64,000 nucleotides of DNA from Felis catus (GCF_018350175.1 NC_058368.1:163806001-163870000); one strand, 5' to 3'; counted from the first letter of the stretch, positions 24,804 through 38,204 are shown. Notes: generated by a model from the letters alone, not told the origin. Numbers and translations are program-made.

Positions 24804-27800
24804 TCTAATTTGTGACTTTTAGACTACATTTTAAGAACCACTGAGATGGAAATAAGCAGGCTATTTTAAAAGCTCTTTTAAGAGCTACTTTTAAGTACCT
24901 CTTAAGTACCAAATACAGTTTGTATTTGGTGAACTTTAGTTTGTCCCTTTAGTAAATCTTTTCTGCTTTCTTGTGATGTCTTCTCTCTGGAACCACCCCC
25001 CCCCCCCCCGCCCCAGCCCAGTGTCGCACTGCTGACCTCCCTTCTCCCCCACGTCTATGCTTTAAGGCAAAGGGACACACCTGACTCGTTCCAGCTTCCC
25101 CTTTCTCTGATTTAAGCTTTAGTTCCTTCAATATCTTTCTTTTCATCAGGTGGCACGTTTGAAGATGCAATCTGATGAACTACCTAATGCTTTTTAAGGA
25201 TACAATGATTGAAGACAGCTTAATACTCCCTCTTCAGGTCTTTGCACTAATTGTTTCTTCTGCTGAAATCATTCCTCCGAATCTTTGTTATATCTGAAAT
25301 ATCATCTTCTCGGACAAACTTTCTTGACTATTCCTCAGAAATAGCCTCCTAATCCCATCCCTCCCTGTAGCCACTCTCAAATCCAAATACTTAACAGTGT
25401 CTGAAATTATCTTGTTTCTTTTCTGTCTCTTCCTACAGTAAGATAAAATTTCATGAGAATAGTTGGTGTTGACTACTATTTTTACAGTTCTATCCCTGGC
25501 ATATAATAAGTTTTCAATAACAATTTTTCCAGTAATGGAATGGATGTGAACTTCTCCCAGGAATGTCTTTTAGAAGTGGACATGACATGATGACCTTGCC
25601 TTTATCTCTGGGAATTCTGGGTTCTGAGGTAGGCTGGGAAGTAAGCCATTTTTGGAAACTGGCTTTCTTCTAATTTACAGCCTGAATGGGGAACACTTAG
25701 AAGGTGGGATTTTGTTGTAGGGGAAAAAGCAGGAGGTGGTGGGAGAAAGTCAGAAAGGTGAAGGAGTGCATTTCTTTGCATTTTAAATGTCCCTTTTTAT
25801 TGAGACTTCTTATACTGTATAAATAGCTCCAATACAGTTCCATCCTAAGAATGTGGTCATCCCACGGCAGAAAACTTTTCTTGTGTATACTTACACACTC
25901 CTAACCCAGTCTTAGCTGCTTAGTGATTGCATGGTTTTCCTAGGGGAAGTTACCCGAAGTTGGAGGCTAGCATCTAGTATAAATAGGAGAGTTTCAGGTG
26001 ACTATCAGCCACCTGGTTTAAGTGCTGGATCTTCTGTTGTAAATTATATACTTTTTAATACCCATTTTCCTATTTTGGAAAAGGAGGAAGATGGTCTAAA
26101 TTATGTTTCCAAACTCTTCCTGCATTAATAAGAATTTTATGATTCAAACTATACTATTCGTGGTTGGCTTTGAAAAACCATCTGTGAGTAAGCCACACCA
26201 CCTACTGGGCATCTCTTAAATTACAAATTAAGGTTTCCATAAGGTATTGAAACTTAAGAAATGAACTTATTGGAAATCTTACTGCAAATTTGCAGAGCCC
26301 CTATTATATTGATCACATGCATATATTGACTCATTCCCTGATTTCTGAATGCCACAAGCATTCTTCCATTCATTGGGTATTTATTTGCTTCATTCCTGTG
26401 AACTTGGCAAATAATGCTCACACATCTTTACTTAATAGTTCTTACCTTAACCTCCCTTTTATCCTGCAACTTTCTCTGGGGGCTGACACAGTCAGGGTGT
26501 CGGGACAAGTGGGGTGGCAGCCAATGAAGGCTGATATCTGGGGTAGAAGCAGATTAGCAGGGTGAGGTCCAGTGTGGAGGTGTGAACCTGGGAACTGGGA
26601 CAGGGACTGTGGTTTCCAGGAGCAGGTAGTTTGCAGGCAGACAGCCTTTTCAGCCAAGCAGACCTCAGTTTGAATCAGCAATCACTTATGAACTATGTGA
26701 CCACAGGTAGTTAGAAGAGGGTACAATGGATCAAGGAGATGGAATCTAGTATTTGAAACTATGTGTAAGACCCTGTAATTATTAGTTTACAAGTGTTACT
26801 TAATTTAATCCACGTAAGAGCCTTATCAGGTAGACATCATGCCCCATGAAATGTCAGTGGCCCATTGCTTTTCCCATCCTACACTCTTTTCCTGGATAAT
26901 CTAGACATGATTATAATTTCAACAATCACATGTGAGCAGAAACAGATACCTGATTGCAGTGGGTTAAGAAAAAAAGTAGAAGATGTTAATAGATCACTCT
27001 TTCTGAGAGTTTGCCTTAAAAAGGGGAGAAGAGAGAATATTACAAGAAATATGCATTTAAGGGAGTTTCCCCTCAGGATGACAGAGACAAATTGCCTTAG
27101 ATCAGGAAAAAGTAAGATCAAAGATGTAGGCAGACATGGCCAGCCATAGCAAGGGAGGACCGTTCTCCCACTAAGAGGTATGTATCCAGAAGGAAATTAC
27201 TTCAAAGCAGCATTTGACTCCATTGACTGCTCCTACCTTTTAGAAACACATTTGTCTCTGGCATTTGGGATCATAAGACCTCTCTTGTCTCATTGTCTGT
27301 TCCTGTTCAACCTCTAATACTGGATCTTCATTCCTGAGCCAGACTTCTGACTGGCTCTGTCCTCATCCCAATAGCTTTGACCTAAGCTCCTTCTGTTGTA
27401 ATCTCCATTCTTCCTAGGTTATCTCATGGCATATGGTGCCAATTCTATATTCAAATGACTAACACAACGGAATCTCTAGCCAGATTTCTCCCCAGACCTC
27501 CAATATCCTGTTTCCTCATATGGTTACCTGGGCATCTAAAAGCATGGAAACATTATGGTAACAAGCAAAACTATAAGGTGCCATCAGAAATCATCTCTAT
27601 TGCTTCCTTCTACTGTTCAATCAAACCAATTCTGTGAGCCTGGTTTCCTCTGCTTCTTGGATCAGTTCTGGGGCAAATACCAAGACTTGACCATTTCTTG
27701 GTAACCCTTAGTTTACTAAAAGTCATAATAAAAAACTATTCTAAGATTGGAGGCTATAGAGCTAGATTCACCTTCAAATCCTGCACTCTATCCTATGTTG

Positions 27801-29059
27801 CCCTGTCTCCATTTACTTTTAGAGCTTTACAGCTTTTGCAAGTGAATTGTTAGCATTTTGGCAACATTGGAAGGGAATATCATTCACTTTCCTTTCATAA
27901 AAGGAAATCGAAGATTAGCAAGTTTCACTTACAAAAGAGATTCAAAACATATAACAAAATAATTAATCTTATTTCATGCTCCAAATTTTACTTTTTGTTC
28001 AAAATGAAGTCTCTCACACTATTGTGTGTTATTCAGTCCCTTGGGCTCCTCCTCCAACATAGCAAAGTAAATATGCTGTGACGATCAGAACTCCCGAAAT
28101 AGAGACAAGTATTTAAAGCATAACACTGTAAAGCCCAGTGTGAGAAGTGTCTCCAGTCCCCACTAGCCCCCACCCTCCACACCCACATTTGGGTTCTTGC
28201 ATGCACAGATTTATAGAACAGACAAAAGCTGGCTTGTTTTCTATAATGGACAGAAAATGCTTCCTTTTGTTTTTAATCTGGCTGAACATTCAGTCTTAAC
28301 CTTCATAAAGTTCAATTTCTCTTCTGGTACCTCGGAGCTAGATACACCCAAATTTTAAGATAGATGGCTTATAAGGTAAACATATCCATTAGTTATTTCT
28401 TTTTACCTACATCTTCAACTTTTTTTTTTCTGTTTGACTTTACCCTCAGCAACATTCACACTTAAACTGGTACCTTGTACCTTAAAAACAGAAACAAGAC
28501 AACTTTTCCCTCATACTTCCTTTTCTGCTGTCATTAGAATTGTTTTGGTAATGGCAGACTAATTAATTAATACCACTCTATTACTGAGAAAAATAGAAAA
28601 GTCAAGGTATATTTATAAATGCCTCTTCAAATACTTCAGAGAGCTTGTAAGACAGCAAAGAATAATGGGGTTAAAATCCAGCAGGAGATGAGCCCAAAAC
28701 TGGGGTCACTTCATTGGAAAAGGCTGAGAAGCTAAGAAGAATTTTCAATAGCCTTAATAGAGTTCAGACCCCATCAGGGAGGTGGTCCAGATAAATCAGG
28801 CTCTGAGTTAGTACCCCAAACAATGGCCCTGGCAGTCAGGGAGAATGGCAAAAAGGCCAACCCTCACAAGGACTGAAAGCTGCCTTACAATTAGTTTAGC
28901 ACTGATTAGATTAAGATGATCTGGGACTAGTTAGTACCTTTATCATTCTAACGGAAACTAGTGCCTTATTATTCTAAGCAGATGACAGAAACAGACCTAT
29001 AAGGGATCCTAATAAAGGGTGCACATTAGAATGACTATGATTAATATGTTAAAAAATAA

Positions 29060-29280
29060 GGGCGCCTGGGTGGCTTAGTCTGGTGGAACATCCGTCTTCG
29101 GCTCAGGTCATGATCTCACAGTTCTTGAGTTTGAGCCCTGTGTCAGGCTCTGTGCTGACAGTTGAGAGCCTGGAGCCTGCTTTGGATTCTGTCTCCCTTT
29201 CTCTCTGCCCCTCCCCCGCTCACCCTCTGTCTCTCTCTCTCTGTCTCAAAAATAAATAAAACCAACAAAAAAGTTTTTTA
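29060..29280 (+). mobile_element. Can-SINE
   Basis: Head and tail; degenerate TSD aata(t/c)gtt(a/c)aaaaataa. Confidence 0.9.
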
Positions 29281-29602
29281 AATACGTTCAAAAATAAAGA
29301 ACAAGTTGCAGCATTTCAGCATATGCAGGAAACTACAGAAAACAAATCAAATGGGAACTAGTACTGACAATATAATTATTAAAATTAAGATCTTTGGGGG
29401 TTAATTTGCTATTAAACTATACAGTTGCAAGTATGTCCAAAGAATATATACAGAATAAAGCACAATGAGACAAGGAGAGTGTTCTTTTGGCTTTCTCTTG
29501 AGAAGTTCAGGAAAATGTTGCCAGGTTAAATGCTTGAAGATGCAGAAACAGATGAATACCAATAGAACAAGATACATATGTGGGTAAATATAAAAAAATA
29601 TT

Positions 29603-29732
29603 GGGTCACCTGGGTGGCTCAGTCAGTTCAGTGTCCAACTCTTGATTTCAGTTCAGGTCATGATCCCAGGGTTGTGGGATCAAGCCCTGTGTTGGGGTTC
29701 TCGCTGAGCATGGAGCCTGCTTAGGATTCTCT

Positions 29733-29773
<41 letters not shown>

Positions 29774-29833
29774 CCCACCTCCCTCCCTCTCTCTCTCTCT
29801 CTCCCCTTCCCTCCTCATGCTTCCTCTCTCTCA

Positions 29834-29870
<37 letters not shown>

Positions 29871-29905
29871 CATATATGTATATACACATATATATGTATA
29901 TATAT
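29603..29905 (+). mobile_element. Can-SINE with expanded (CT)n and (TA)n tail
   Basis: Head gggtcacctgggtggctcagtc, then a compound microsatellite at about 29728-29905. Confidence 0.85.
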
Positions 29906-30589
29906 TTGAATATTGGTTGTTTAAAAGAATAATATCTTAGAGGATTTGCAATCTGTATAGAATTAAAATACATGGTAACACAAACATATTATTTGTGCCC
30001 ATAAATCAGTATGTGTACAAATTTATATTCAATTCTAATAAGTTTAAACACATGTTGTAATATTTTTGATAATCACAAAAGAGTAATAAAAGACTTAATA
30101 ACTACCAAGTTAGGTGGAATTTTACAACTAATTAATTGAAAGGAGGCAAGAAAGGTAAGGAAAAGAAACAGAATAGAGAGACAAATGGAAAGTAAAAATA
30201 ACAAAAGTAGATGTAAACCCAATTATATAAGTAATTAAATTCACGCTAAATGAACTAAATACTTTTCAGTTATCACACTACTTCTCTAGTCTCTGTTATA
30301 GGCAAGCTTTTCAAAAGACTGGTCTACAAATGCTGTTTACATTTTTTCAATGCACATTAATTACTTCACGCTGTGTAAGCTAGATTTCTCTTACTAAAAC
30401 TTCCAAGTACTTGCATGATGCCAAATTCAATGATACTTCCTAATACTCATCATGGCATGGCCTTTCAGCAGCACTGGGAGACACTGGTAACCCTCCTTTT
30501 TGAAACTTTTTAAAAAATCGTGGTTTCATGACACACTTTTTGTTTATATCTCTCTGGCTACCCCTCTCAACCCCCCTCCATATTTCCCT

Positions 30590-30610
30590 CTCGTTTTTAA
30601 GTTCACTTAT

Positions 30611-30657
<47 letters not shown>

Positions 30658-30803
30658 GAGGAGCAGGGCAGAGAGAGAGAGAGAGGGAGAGAATCCCAAG
30701 CACAGAGACTCCGACACAAGGCTCCGTTCCACGAACTGTGGGATCACGACCTGAGCTGAGACCAAGAGTTGGATGCTTAACTGACTGAGCCACCCAGATG
30801 CTC
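30590..30803 (-). mobile_element. Can-SINE with (GA)n of about 20 units
   Basis: Reverse-complement head at about 30780-30803. Confidence 0.85.
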
Positions 30804-30949
30804 TATTCCTATTTTCTGCTACTCTGTCCACCCTTGGGATTTAAGCTGAGGGCTCTCTTTTCATCTCACTTTATATTGTCTCCTTTGGCAATCTCATCAA
30901 TTTATGTGGCTTTAAGTACTATATATATGCTATACTATAACATATGCAG

Positions 30950-31720
30950 TATATACAATGTTATAAATTCTCTCTTTATATATACCATAGTAGTTCAAGT
31001 TGAACTGCTAATCTCATTTTGACCTGTACTCTTGTAACCTATTCCCTCTTCAGTAAATGGTTCCTTATCCAGCCAGTTACTTTTGCCAAAACTTTGAAGT
31101 CATCCTTGATTGTCCCTTATATCCCCTTTCTCTGACACATTTAATTCATTGCCAAATCCTGTTGATTTTAGCTTTTAAATATGTGTGGAGATCTGTCCAC
31201 TTAGTTTTATTATTCCCACCCTGGTCAAGGCCACTATCTCTTCTTGCTTAGACTATAGGACTAGCTAACTAACTGGTATTTCCATTCCACTCTTATCCTC
31301 TTCCAATTTATTCTCCATGTAAGAGTCAGAATAATCTTTAGAGAATTCCTTTGCCTAACATATTTTGGTGGCTTTCCATTGTAGTTAGGAGAACATCCAA
31401 AGATCCCTGTCATTGACTCAGACCTCTCATATCACCAACCTCCTACCTAACTCTTTAACCTGACCCCCCACCTTCCCCACCCTCCTCTGTGCACTCTGTT
31501 TTAACCACACTGGGCTTTCTTGGAGATATCTAAACTTGGCAAGCTTTTTTACAGCTCAGGGACTTCCCACGTGTTGTTTCTTCTGCCTGGAGAATGCTCA
31601 TTCCAACTTCCTGTCTGGCTAACTTGTATTCAACCTTCAGGCCTCAGCTAAAATGTTATATCCTCAAGAAGGAATTTATTACCTATTCCCCCTTTTCTTA
31701 ATTTATCCTAGACCCTCCAT
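30950..31720 (+). mobile_element. L2 remnant (continues after the LTR41 to about 33045)
   Basis: Decayed L2-like 3' region; L2-type tail at about 32985-33045 (atgcctggctcataaaagcagttgataaatatttattg). Confidence 0.5.
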
Positions 31721-31728
31721 TTTACTTT

Positions 31729-32597
31729 CGTGCCAGTTGTGAACTTATTGATTCTCAGCTCCGAATTTACTTCTCAGTATAGGCTCCGCAATAATGGATG
31801 GAATGCCTTTCTACAGTTCTCTTACAGTAAGTGTGGTGTTAAGCTTTTTCAGTAGAGGGCGCTGGAGGCACATTGCTGGAGGAAGCATGGGAGCTCCTGC
31901 CTTTGCCAGTGGCTCAGGATGGGTCCTGCAGTGTGGGTATGTGGACACCTGGGGGTGTTCTGTCCCAACATGCTGTCCCTGTAGACCTTGCAGCTCCAGT
32001 GTGGCCTAGTGGTCACCTTCCTGTGACCCTCTCCATATGGACATCTTATGCTGCAGGTCTCCTGGCCATGCTGGCACCCTGATTCCATGTGCTCACTTCT
32101 CCTCTTCCCTACATTTGTCTCCTGCAGTTTTCCCCATACCACCACCCTCCAGAAATAGTCTTTCCTACAAGGACACCTTGTGCTCCAGGCCTCCTGCAAC
32201 ACTGGCATCCCCACTCTTGTTCCCTAGCCATGCACAGGCTACCTGCTTCTGTACATCTGCCCCATCTGTGATCCAAAGTGTTGCTTCCTGTTTGCCCTGT
32301 GATTGCACACTTAATCTGCAGGCCCCTGGATGGCCCAGCAAACCAGTGAGCTTCCCTGCGATTCAGTGGATTCAACTACATTTCCCAAGGAGATCTGAAT
32401 CCCCAGCCTTGGAGAGGGGTCCTACTTCTAACTACTTCTAAGTTTGTCCTTGCTTGGGGACCCCCTCCCCCACCCCATACCATATAGTTTTCTTATAGCC
32501 TATAGTTATTATTTTATCATAGTTTAGTAACTTTGTATTAAACTTCACTTATTTAAATCACTGTGTGATTATATCTCTTGGTTGGATCCAGACTGCT
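31729..32597 (+). mobile_element. LTR41-like ERVL solo LTR
   Basis: Start (c)gtgccagttgtgaacttattgattctcagctcc and internal cagtagagggcgctggagg resemble the recalled LTR41; probable TSD acttt at 31724-31728 and 32598-32602. Confidence 0.7.
31849..31862 (+). promoter_or_regulatory. Candidate CTCF-binding motif
   Basis: TCAGTAGAGGGCGC matches 13 of 14 positions of CCASYAGRKGGCRS. Confidence 0.55.
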
Positions 32598-32670
32598 ACT
32601 TTCTCTTCTCTCACCTTGTAATTTTACTTATAGCACTATTCAGAATTGCAAATTTTTTTGTGAATGTATT

Positions 32671-32894
32671 ATTTTTTTAAAAAATTTTTAATGTTTATTC
32701 ATTTTTGAGAGGCAGAGAGAGACAGAGTGTGAGCAGAGGAGGGGCAGAGAAAGAGGCAGACCCAGAATCTGGAGCAGGCTCCAGGCTCTGAGCTGTCAGC
32801 ACACAGCCTGACGCAGGGCTCGAACCCACAAACCGCGAGATCATGACCTGAGTTGAAGTCAGATGCTTAATTGACTGAGTCACCCAAGTGCCCC
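32671..32894 (-). mobile_element. Can-SINE
   Basis: TSD tgaatgtatt at 32661-32670 and 32896-32905. Confidence 0.9.
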
Positions 32895-34718
32895 ATGAAT
32901 GTATTCCTTAATATTAGTCTCCTCTATGTAACCATTAGCACAAATAGGGCAGGTACCAGCTCTTTTTCATATATGTTTCCACAGTTTAGCATAATGCCTG
33001 GCTCATAAAAGCAGTTGATAAATATTTATTGCTTGAGTGAATACTGTATGGCTGAGTTCATTTTCTGCTAATTTATCCTGGCATGTTCTTATTATGCCCC
33101 CTTAATTCTTCTCAGTCCTTGCTGTCTATTCTAAAGATCATACATAATGTATTCTGGAATTTGTAGCTCCATAGGGGATCTGATTTTGGTTCTTCATCAA
33201 AAAAAAAAAATAATAATAAAGCCTTATTTTTATATTCTACTATCTCCACATTAAAACCTATTGTGCCAATGATGTTCTGTATCCAAAGTGACTATAAGAT
33301 CCACATTTCTTTCCCAAAGAGGACTAGAAACAGTTAAAAAAAACTATTTTAATTTTAACCACAATACCACCACACTTTTAATTTTTCCACATAAATTCTA
33401 CCCCAGGATTCATACACTCAAAATCTTAGAGGGCCTACTGGGTAATTTAAATGACTGGACTCAGTGTAAGGAAATGAGGAGTACCAGGGATTATGGCAAA
33501 TTGGACAGCACATGCTTCACCTGAATGCATTTAATTAAAAAATTTATAAAAACATCGTGCAAGCCAAACATAACATCTGCAGGCAGCAGCAGTCCTGAGA
33601 TTGCCACCTGGCAAATCCAGCCCTAAAACACTGGATCCCATGAACCATTCTGAATTTCAAGAATGGGGAACCTAAAATTTTTTTTTACTATAAATGCTAT
33701 TATGCATGCTGGTCGAAGGAAAATATTGGATCAGGTGGTTGAGAATGGTTGGGCTCAGTGCTGTATAATGAGAATGTTCAGGGACTGGGGTACTTGACAT
33801 AGGTTGCTTTATGTATTTGTTTTGCTAAGGAAGGCCATTAAAGAAAAGTTAAGGTTGTCTTGACACTATGTCACATAGTGACAAGGAAACAAAAATTATC
33901 AGCAAAGGGTAGAAAGGATACAATCTCAAGATAAAGAACTCTCTATCCCATTAAAGAAAAACTGGTAAACTTGCATTATTGTTTTTGTTTTTGTCTTCTG
34001 ACTGTAGATGGGAATGCACTTTGCCTTGGGACTCACCCAGGTTACAAATCAGTTCTATGAGAATTACCTTGAAAGAGCTTAGAAAAGAACATACGGTTAC
34101 CAGGATCCCATTCAGGAGGTTTGGGGGAAGGAGATGGTTTTTGCATGGTTTTTGCATGGTTTTGTACTTTGGAAAACTCTGCAGGGGCTTCTGAAGCATA
34201 CCCACACTGGAAACCTCTGGCCTATTTCACTTTAATAATCAGAATATATAGAGAACAAGGCTGGCTCATCATTTCTCATCTTGATTACAGAGAATCCTAT
34301 TTTCCTGCACTGGAGGGAGACAAAGTTTTTTCAAAGTGGCAATGGCTCACATTCCTGCAAAAGTCAGACACCTCTTTGTGTATGTCACGAATAAGTGACT
34401 CACAAGCTAGGAAAAGGGATTCTTCACGATGATTCAATGTGCAAAATCATTCCTCATTTTACAAAGGGTATTGATTTCTTAATTGATATATATTTCTTTC
34501 CTTGTTTCAGAAAGTAAGATTGTGTCAAACAAGGGAAACAACCCAAACTCCTGTTTTTCACACTTATTAGAGGTAGCTCACACATGTGGTTCTGAATGAA
34601 GCCAACAGGGTAGAAGTCAGTAGGACACAGTGAGCTCGTCTTTGAACTGGACAGCCCATGTGCTCCTAGAAGAGGCAGCTGCTAGTCAGCTCCCACCAAC
34701 TGTTGCTAGGGAATTTTT

Positions 34719-35204
34719 TTCTTTTATGAAATTTATTGTCAAATTGGTTTCCGTACAACACCCAGTGCTCATCCCAAAAGGTGCCCTCCTCAATACCCAT
34801 CAGCCACCCTCTCCTCCCTCCCACCCCCCCCCCCCATCAGCCCTCAGTTTGTTCTCATTTTTTAAGAGTCTCTTATGCTTTGGCTCACTCCCACTATAAC
34901 TTCTCTTTTTTTTTTCTTCCCCTCCCCCATGGGTTCCTGTTAAGTTTCTCAGGATCCACATAAGAGTGAAAACATGTGTGTCTGTCTTTCTCTGTATGGC
35001 TTATTTCACTTAGCATAACACTCTCCAGTTCCATCCACATTGCTACAAAGGGCCATATTTCATTCTTTCTCATTGCCACGTAGTACTCCATTGTGTATAT
35101 AAACCACAATTTCTTTATCCATTCATCAGTTGATGGACATTTAGGCTCTTTCCATAATTTGGCTATTGTTGAGAGTGCTGCTATAAACATTGCGGTATAA
35201 GTGC
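34719..35204 (-). mobile_element. Young 5'-truncated felid L1 (ORF2 C-terminus, 3'UTR, polyA signal)
   Basis: Open peptide MFIAALSTIAKLWKEPKCPSTDEWIKK...; perfect 14-bp TSD gctagggaattttt at 34705-34718 and 35205-35218. Confidence 0.93.
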
Positions 35205-35294
35205 GCTAGGGAATTTTTCAAGAGAAGTTGGAAATCAGGATTTCTGTGAGAAATCTCTGAATTTTATGATGTTTGCATCTGATTAAACAAATTA

Positions 35295-35460
35295 GGGGCG
35301 CCTTGGTGGCTCAGTCAGTTAAGTGTCCAACTTCGGCTCAGGTCATGATCTTGTGGTTTGTGGGATTGAGCCCCGCATTGGGCTCTGTGCTACAGCTCAG
35401 AGCTTGAAGCCTGCTTTGAATTCTGTGTCTCTCTCTCTCTCTGCCCCTCCCCCACTCATG

Positions 35461-35493
<33 letters not shown>

Positions 35494-35509
35494 AAAAATA
35501 AGTAAAAAA
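35295..35509 (+). mobile_element. Can-SINE
   Basis: TSD taaacaaatta at 35284-35294 and 35510-35520. Confidence 0.92.
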
Positions 35510-36209
35510 TAAACAAATTAAACACCATATTGCATAGGGGCTAAGAAAACACTTGCGCTGACAGGACATGGCCTGCAGATTGGTAGTTCACTTGAAGTGC
35601 CTTCCCCAGATCCCCGGGCACAGGCCCCATCCCACACCTGCAGAATGAGAAAAGTCTGGGAGAAGGACTGCATCTGCCTATTTGGAGAACATTCCCCCAA
35701 AGAATCCAACCTCCACCTATAGTCAGAAATCGCAGGTCTATTGAAATCTGGGAAATCAAACAAAGTATTCCAGGCAGCTTCTCGGAGGCTTCAGAAGCCT
35801 TGCTAACGTCAATCCCTGTAACCTAGGGAACAGTGTGCAGGCTCTGTGGTCCAGCGAGATGTTACTGCACTTTGCCTTAGTCCACTTTGATTTCTCTAGG
35901 GTACTAGGTATGCAGTTTGGTTCTTATTTTCTGGGCTTTGATAAGGAAATTTTCACAGAGGATCTGAAAATAGGAATAAACGAGATAGAAATTTATGCCA
36001 GCCTTGATTTATGCAGCAGCAGAGAAAATAAATTACAATTCTCTGTACCTCTGAGGAAGGAAAACTCTAAAAGCCACAGGAGAGAACACTGTTTCCAGAA
36101 TCCTACAACGTGGTACCTTACAAGACACTACTTTGGTAATGGACTGACTGCACTTCCCAGGGTTTCTTGTTCCCACCCACTCCAACCTTACCTCTCCCCG
36201 CAAATTTAC

Positions 36210-36388
36210 CTTCTTATGTCTGTAATAGTGGAGGCAGCCATCATGCTTCAGCACAAACCACCTCTTCCTCCAACCCTTCACAAAACCGGAATGAGTCCTT
36301 TTATGTAAGTAGCCGCGGCAGGTGGGCCAAGGGGTATTGGGACAGCGACTGATGTCAGATCCCACCACCAGAGTCAAGATATCTGGAC
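36210..36388 (-). CDS. PDZPH1: Internal coding exon (179 nt, phase 1-0): end of PDZ and start of PH domain, (G)PDILTLVVGSDISRCPNTPWPTCRGYLHKRTHSGFVKGWRKRWFVLKHDGCLHYYRHKK
   Basis: Acceptor tttctctag| and donor AAG|gtaaat; PH signature GYLxK...WxKRWFVL...LxYY; phase-compatible with the 45174 donor. Confidence 0.93.
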
Positions 36389-38200
36389 CTAGAGAAACGA
36401 ATTTGGGATAGTGCAGTGGCTGAAAATCTTAAACCAACAGAAAAGACTGTCACTTTTCAGAAGGAATGGATGAAAAGGGGGTTACAGTTTGCATACATGG
36501 GATAAATGAAATAGAATCCTACGATTGGAATGGATGAGAGAGTTCCTTAGTGATTCAATCCCTCATGGCGATGACGAAAATGAAACCAGGGGAGGTAAAG
36601 TGACTTCTTTGAGGGCCATAATTAGGTCATAAGGGGTTCAATCAGATGTGGGACCCAGGATTGCCAGCTCTTAGTGCAGAGCACTTTGTATTCAACCATG
36701 TGGTCTTGTCAGGTCTCATCACGGATGACTCAAGTCTGTTCATTCTCACTGTCTATAATAATGTCAAGCTAAATCTTTAACATATTTTGATTTATATCTG
36801 AAAAGGGAATATAGGTGATGTTTGGCTTTTCTATCTTACTTTTATTCAAGACAACTAGGTTCCTTGACCTGGGTTAGCTAAAGGGAGGATCTAAACCGCT
36901 AATACATCTGTCACCTATTCCTGATCAAAATCAATTATAAACCTTTGAACTTGGAAGTAGACAGAAATTCTAGGAAAGCTGAGGCACACATGCTTTTATC
37001 CCTTTTTCTTTCTGTCCAACTTAGTGCTGAGGGTTTGACTCTGAGCTTCCGTGTACGTCTTTCTCAGGGTGACTTCCTTGGGGCCTGTACCTCAGTGGTG
37101 CCCCCTTTCCTATATGATCAGTACAGTGCATAGCTTGGGGGAATTTGTCCCTGTACCTAATAATATGAGGTCACCATTTACCAATTGTGCTTTGATGTTG
37201 CCAGCATGGAAACAGACTTTCATCATATGCCTACCTCTTGATGCCTCAAGAAATTCTCTGAATGTCACTCCAACAGACAGCAACCCTGACACGCTTTGAA
37301 GACTGCAAATGGGGTATGACTTCATTTACAATTCCTCCGAGAGGGAGGCCACATCCCTGAAGGGGGACATTTGGCCTTAGCAGCGCTGACTTCATCGTGA
37401 TGTCTGACATTGAGATTACCGATCTGTTTAGAGCTGTCTATGGAAATGGGGGTCAGTGAGGAGACTCCTCTTATATAAATGACAAGCTCCAACCCAGGGG
37501 ATCATTCCTGGCTGAGCCACATGGCCCTGAAAATAAAGATTTGTCCCAGAAAGGCTGACATGGTCTTAACTTTAGCAGCACGCAAAGCACCTTGGTAATT
37601 AAATAACTCTGTGTGTCAAGCTAATTCTTCATTGCCATGTAAATGCATTTTAATTTATTGAACTGCCCTTAAGCTCCTGTCAAAAACACATCCAGAAAAA
37701 TTAGAAGCAATGCTCCAGATTGACCGGCAACCCACAAATGTCTTTGTCTTTGGACTTTAGTCCCCGAAGGACTGCACTCTGGACTAATATGCATGGCTGA
37801 CACGTCTGCCAATCTATTTATGTGGTGCTGCAGTCGCCTGCCCCTTGAGGTCATTTTCCTCTTGCTTACACACACTGCGTATGGGCTTCTCTGACACTGA
37901 GCAGGCTGAGCTTGAGCTTCAGCTGGCCATAAACATAACTTGGTTCACCAAAAAATTCTCTCTGGGGCAGGGACACAGATGGTCCTGCTGCCACGTGGTG
38001 TCATCATACTAAAGGAAAGTTTTTTACATTCGGAGTGAGGACATGATCCTGACACACAGGGAGTTGCCGAGTTCCAAACAGCTGTTGTGTGATGGTGGTT
38101 TTACAGTCTTTGCAGGTCCTATCAGGGGCCAGGGGGTCTGATGCTCAGAGAGACTTTAGATTTTTTATGTTATCTCCAAATAGATTATTTATATAGTCAT

Positions 38201-38204
<4 letters not shown>

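Noticed and set aside
34135..34166. Short tandem duplications (tggtttttgca here; similar ones near 15146, 23300 and 59570)
   Set aside because: Ordinary slippage duplications, not repeat-spacer arrays
1..36000. Downstream PDZPH1 exons (rest of the PH domain)
   Set aside because: No PH-like phase-0 exon found by eye; they probably lie beyond position 1, although I may have missed one
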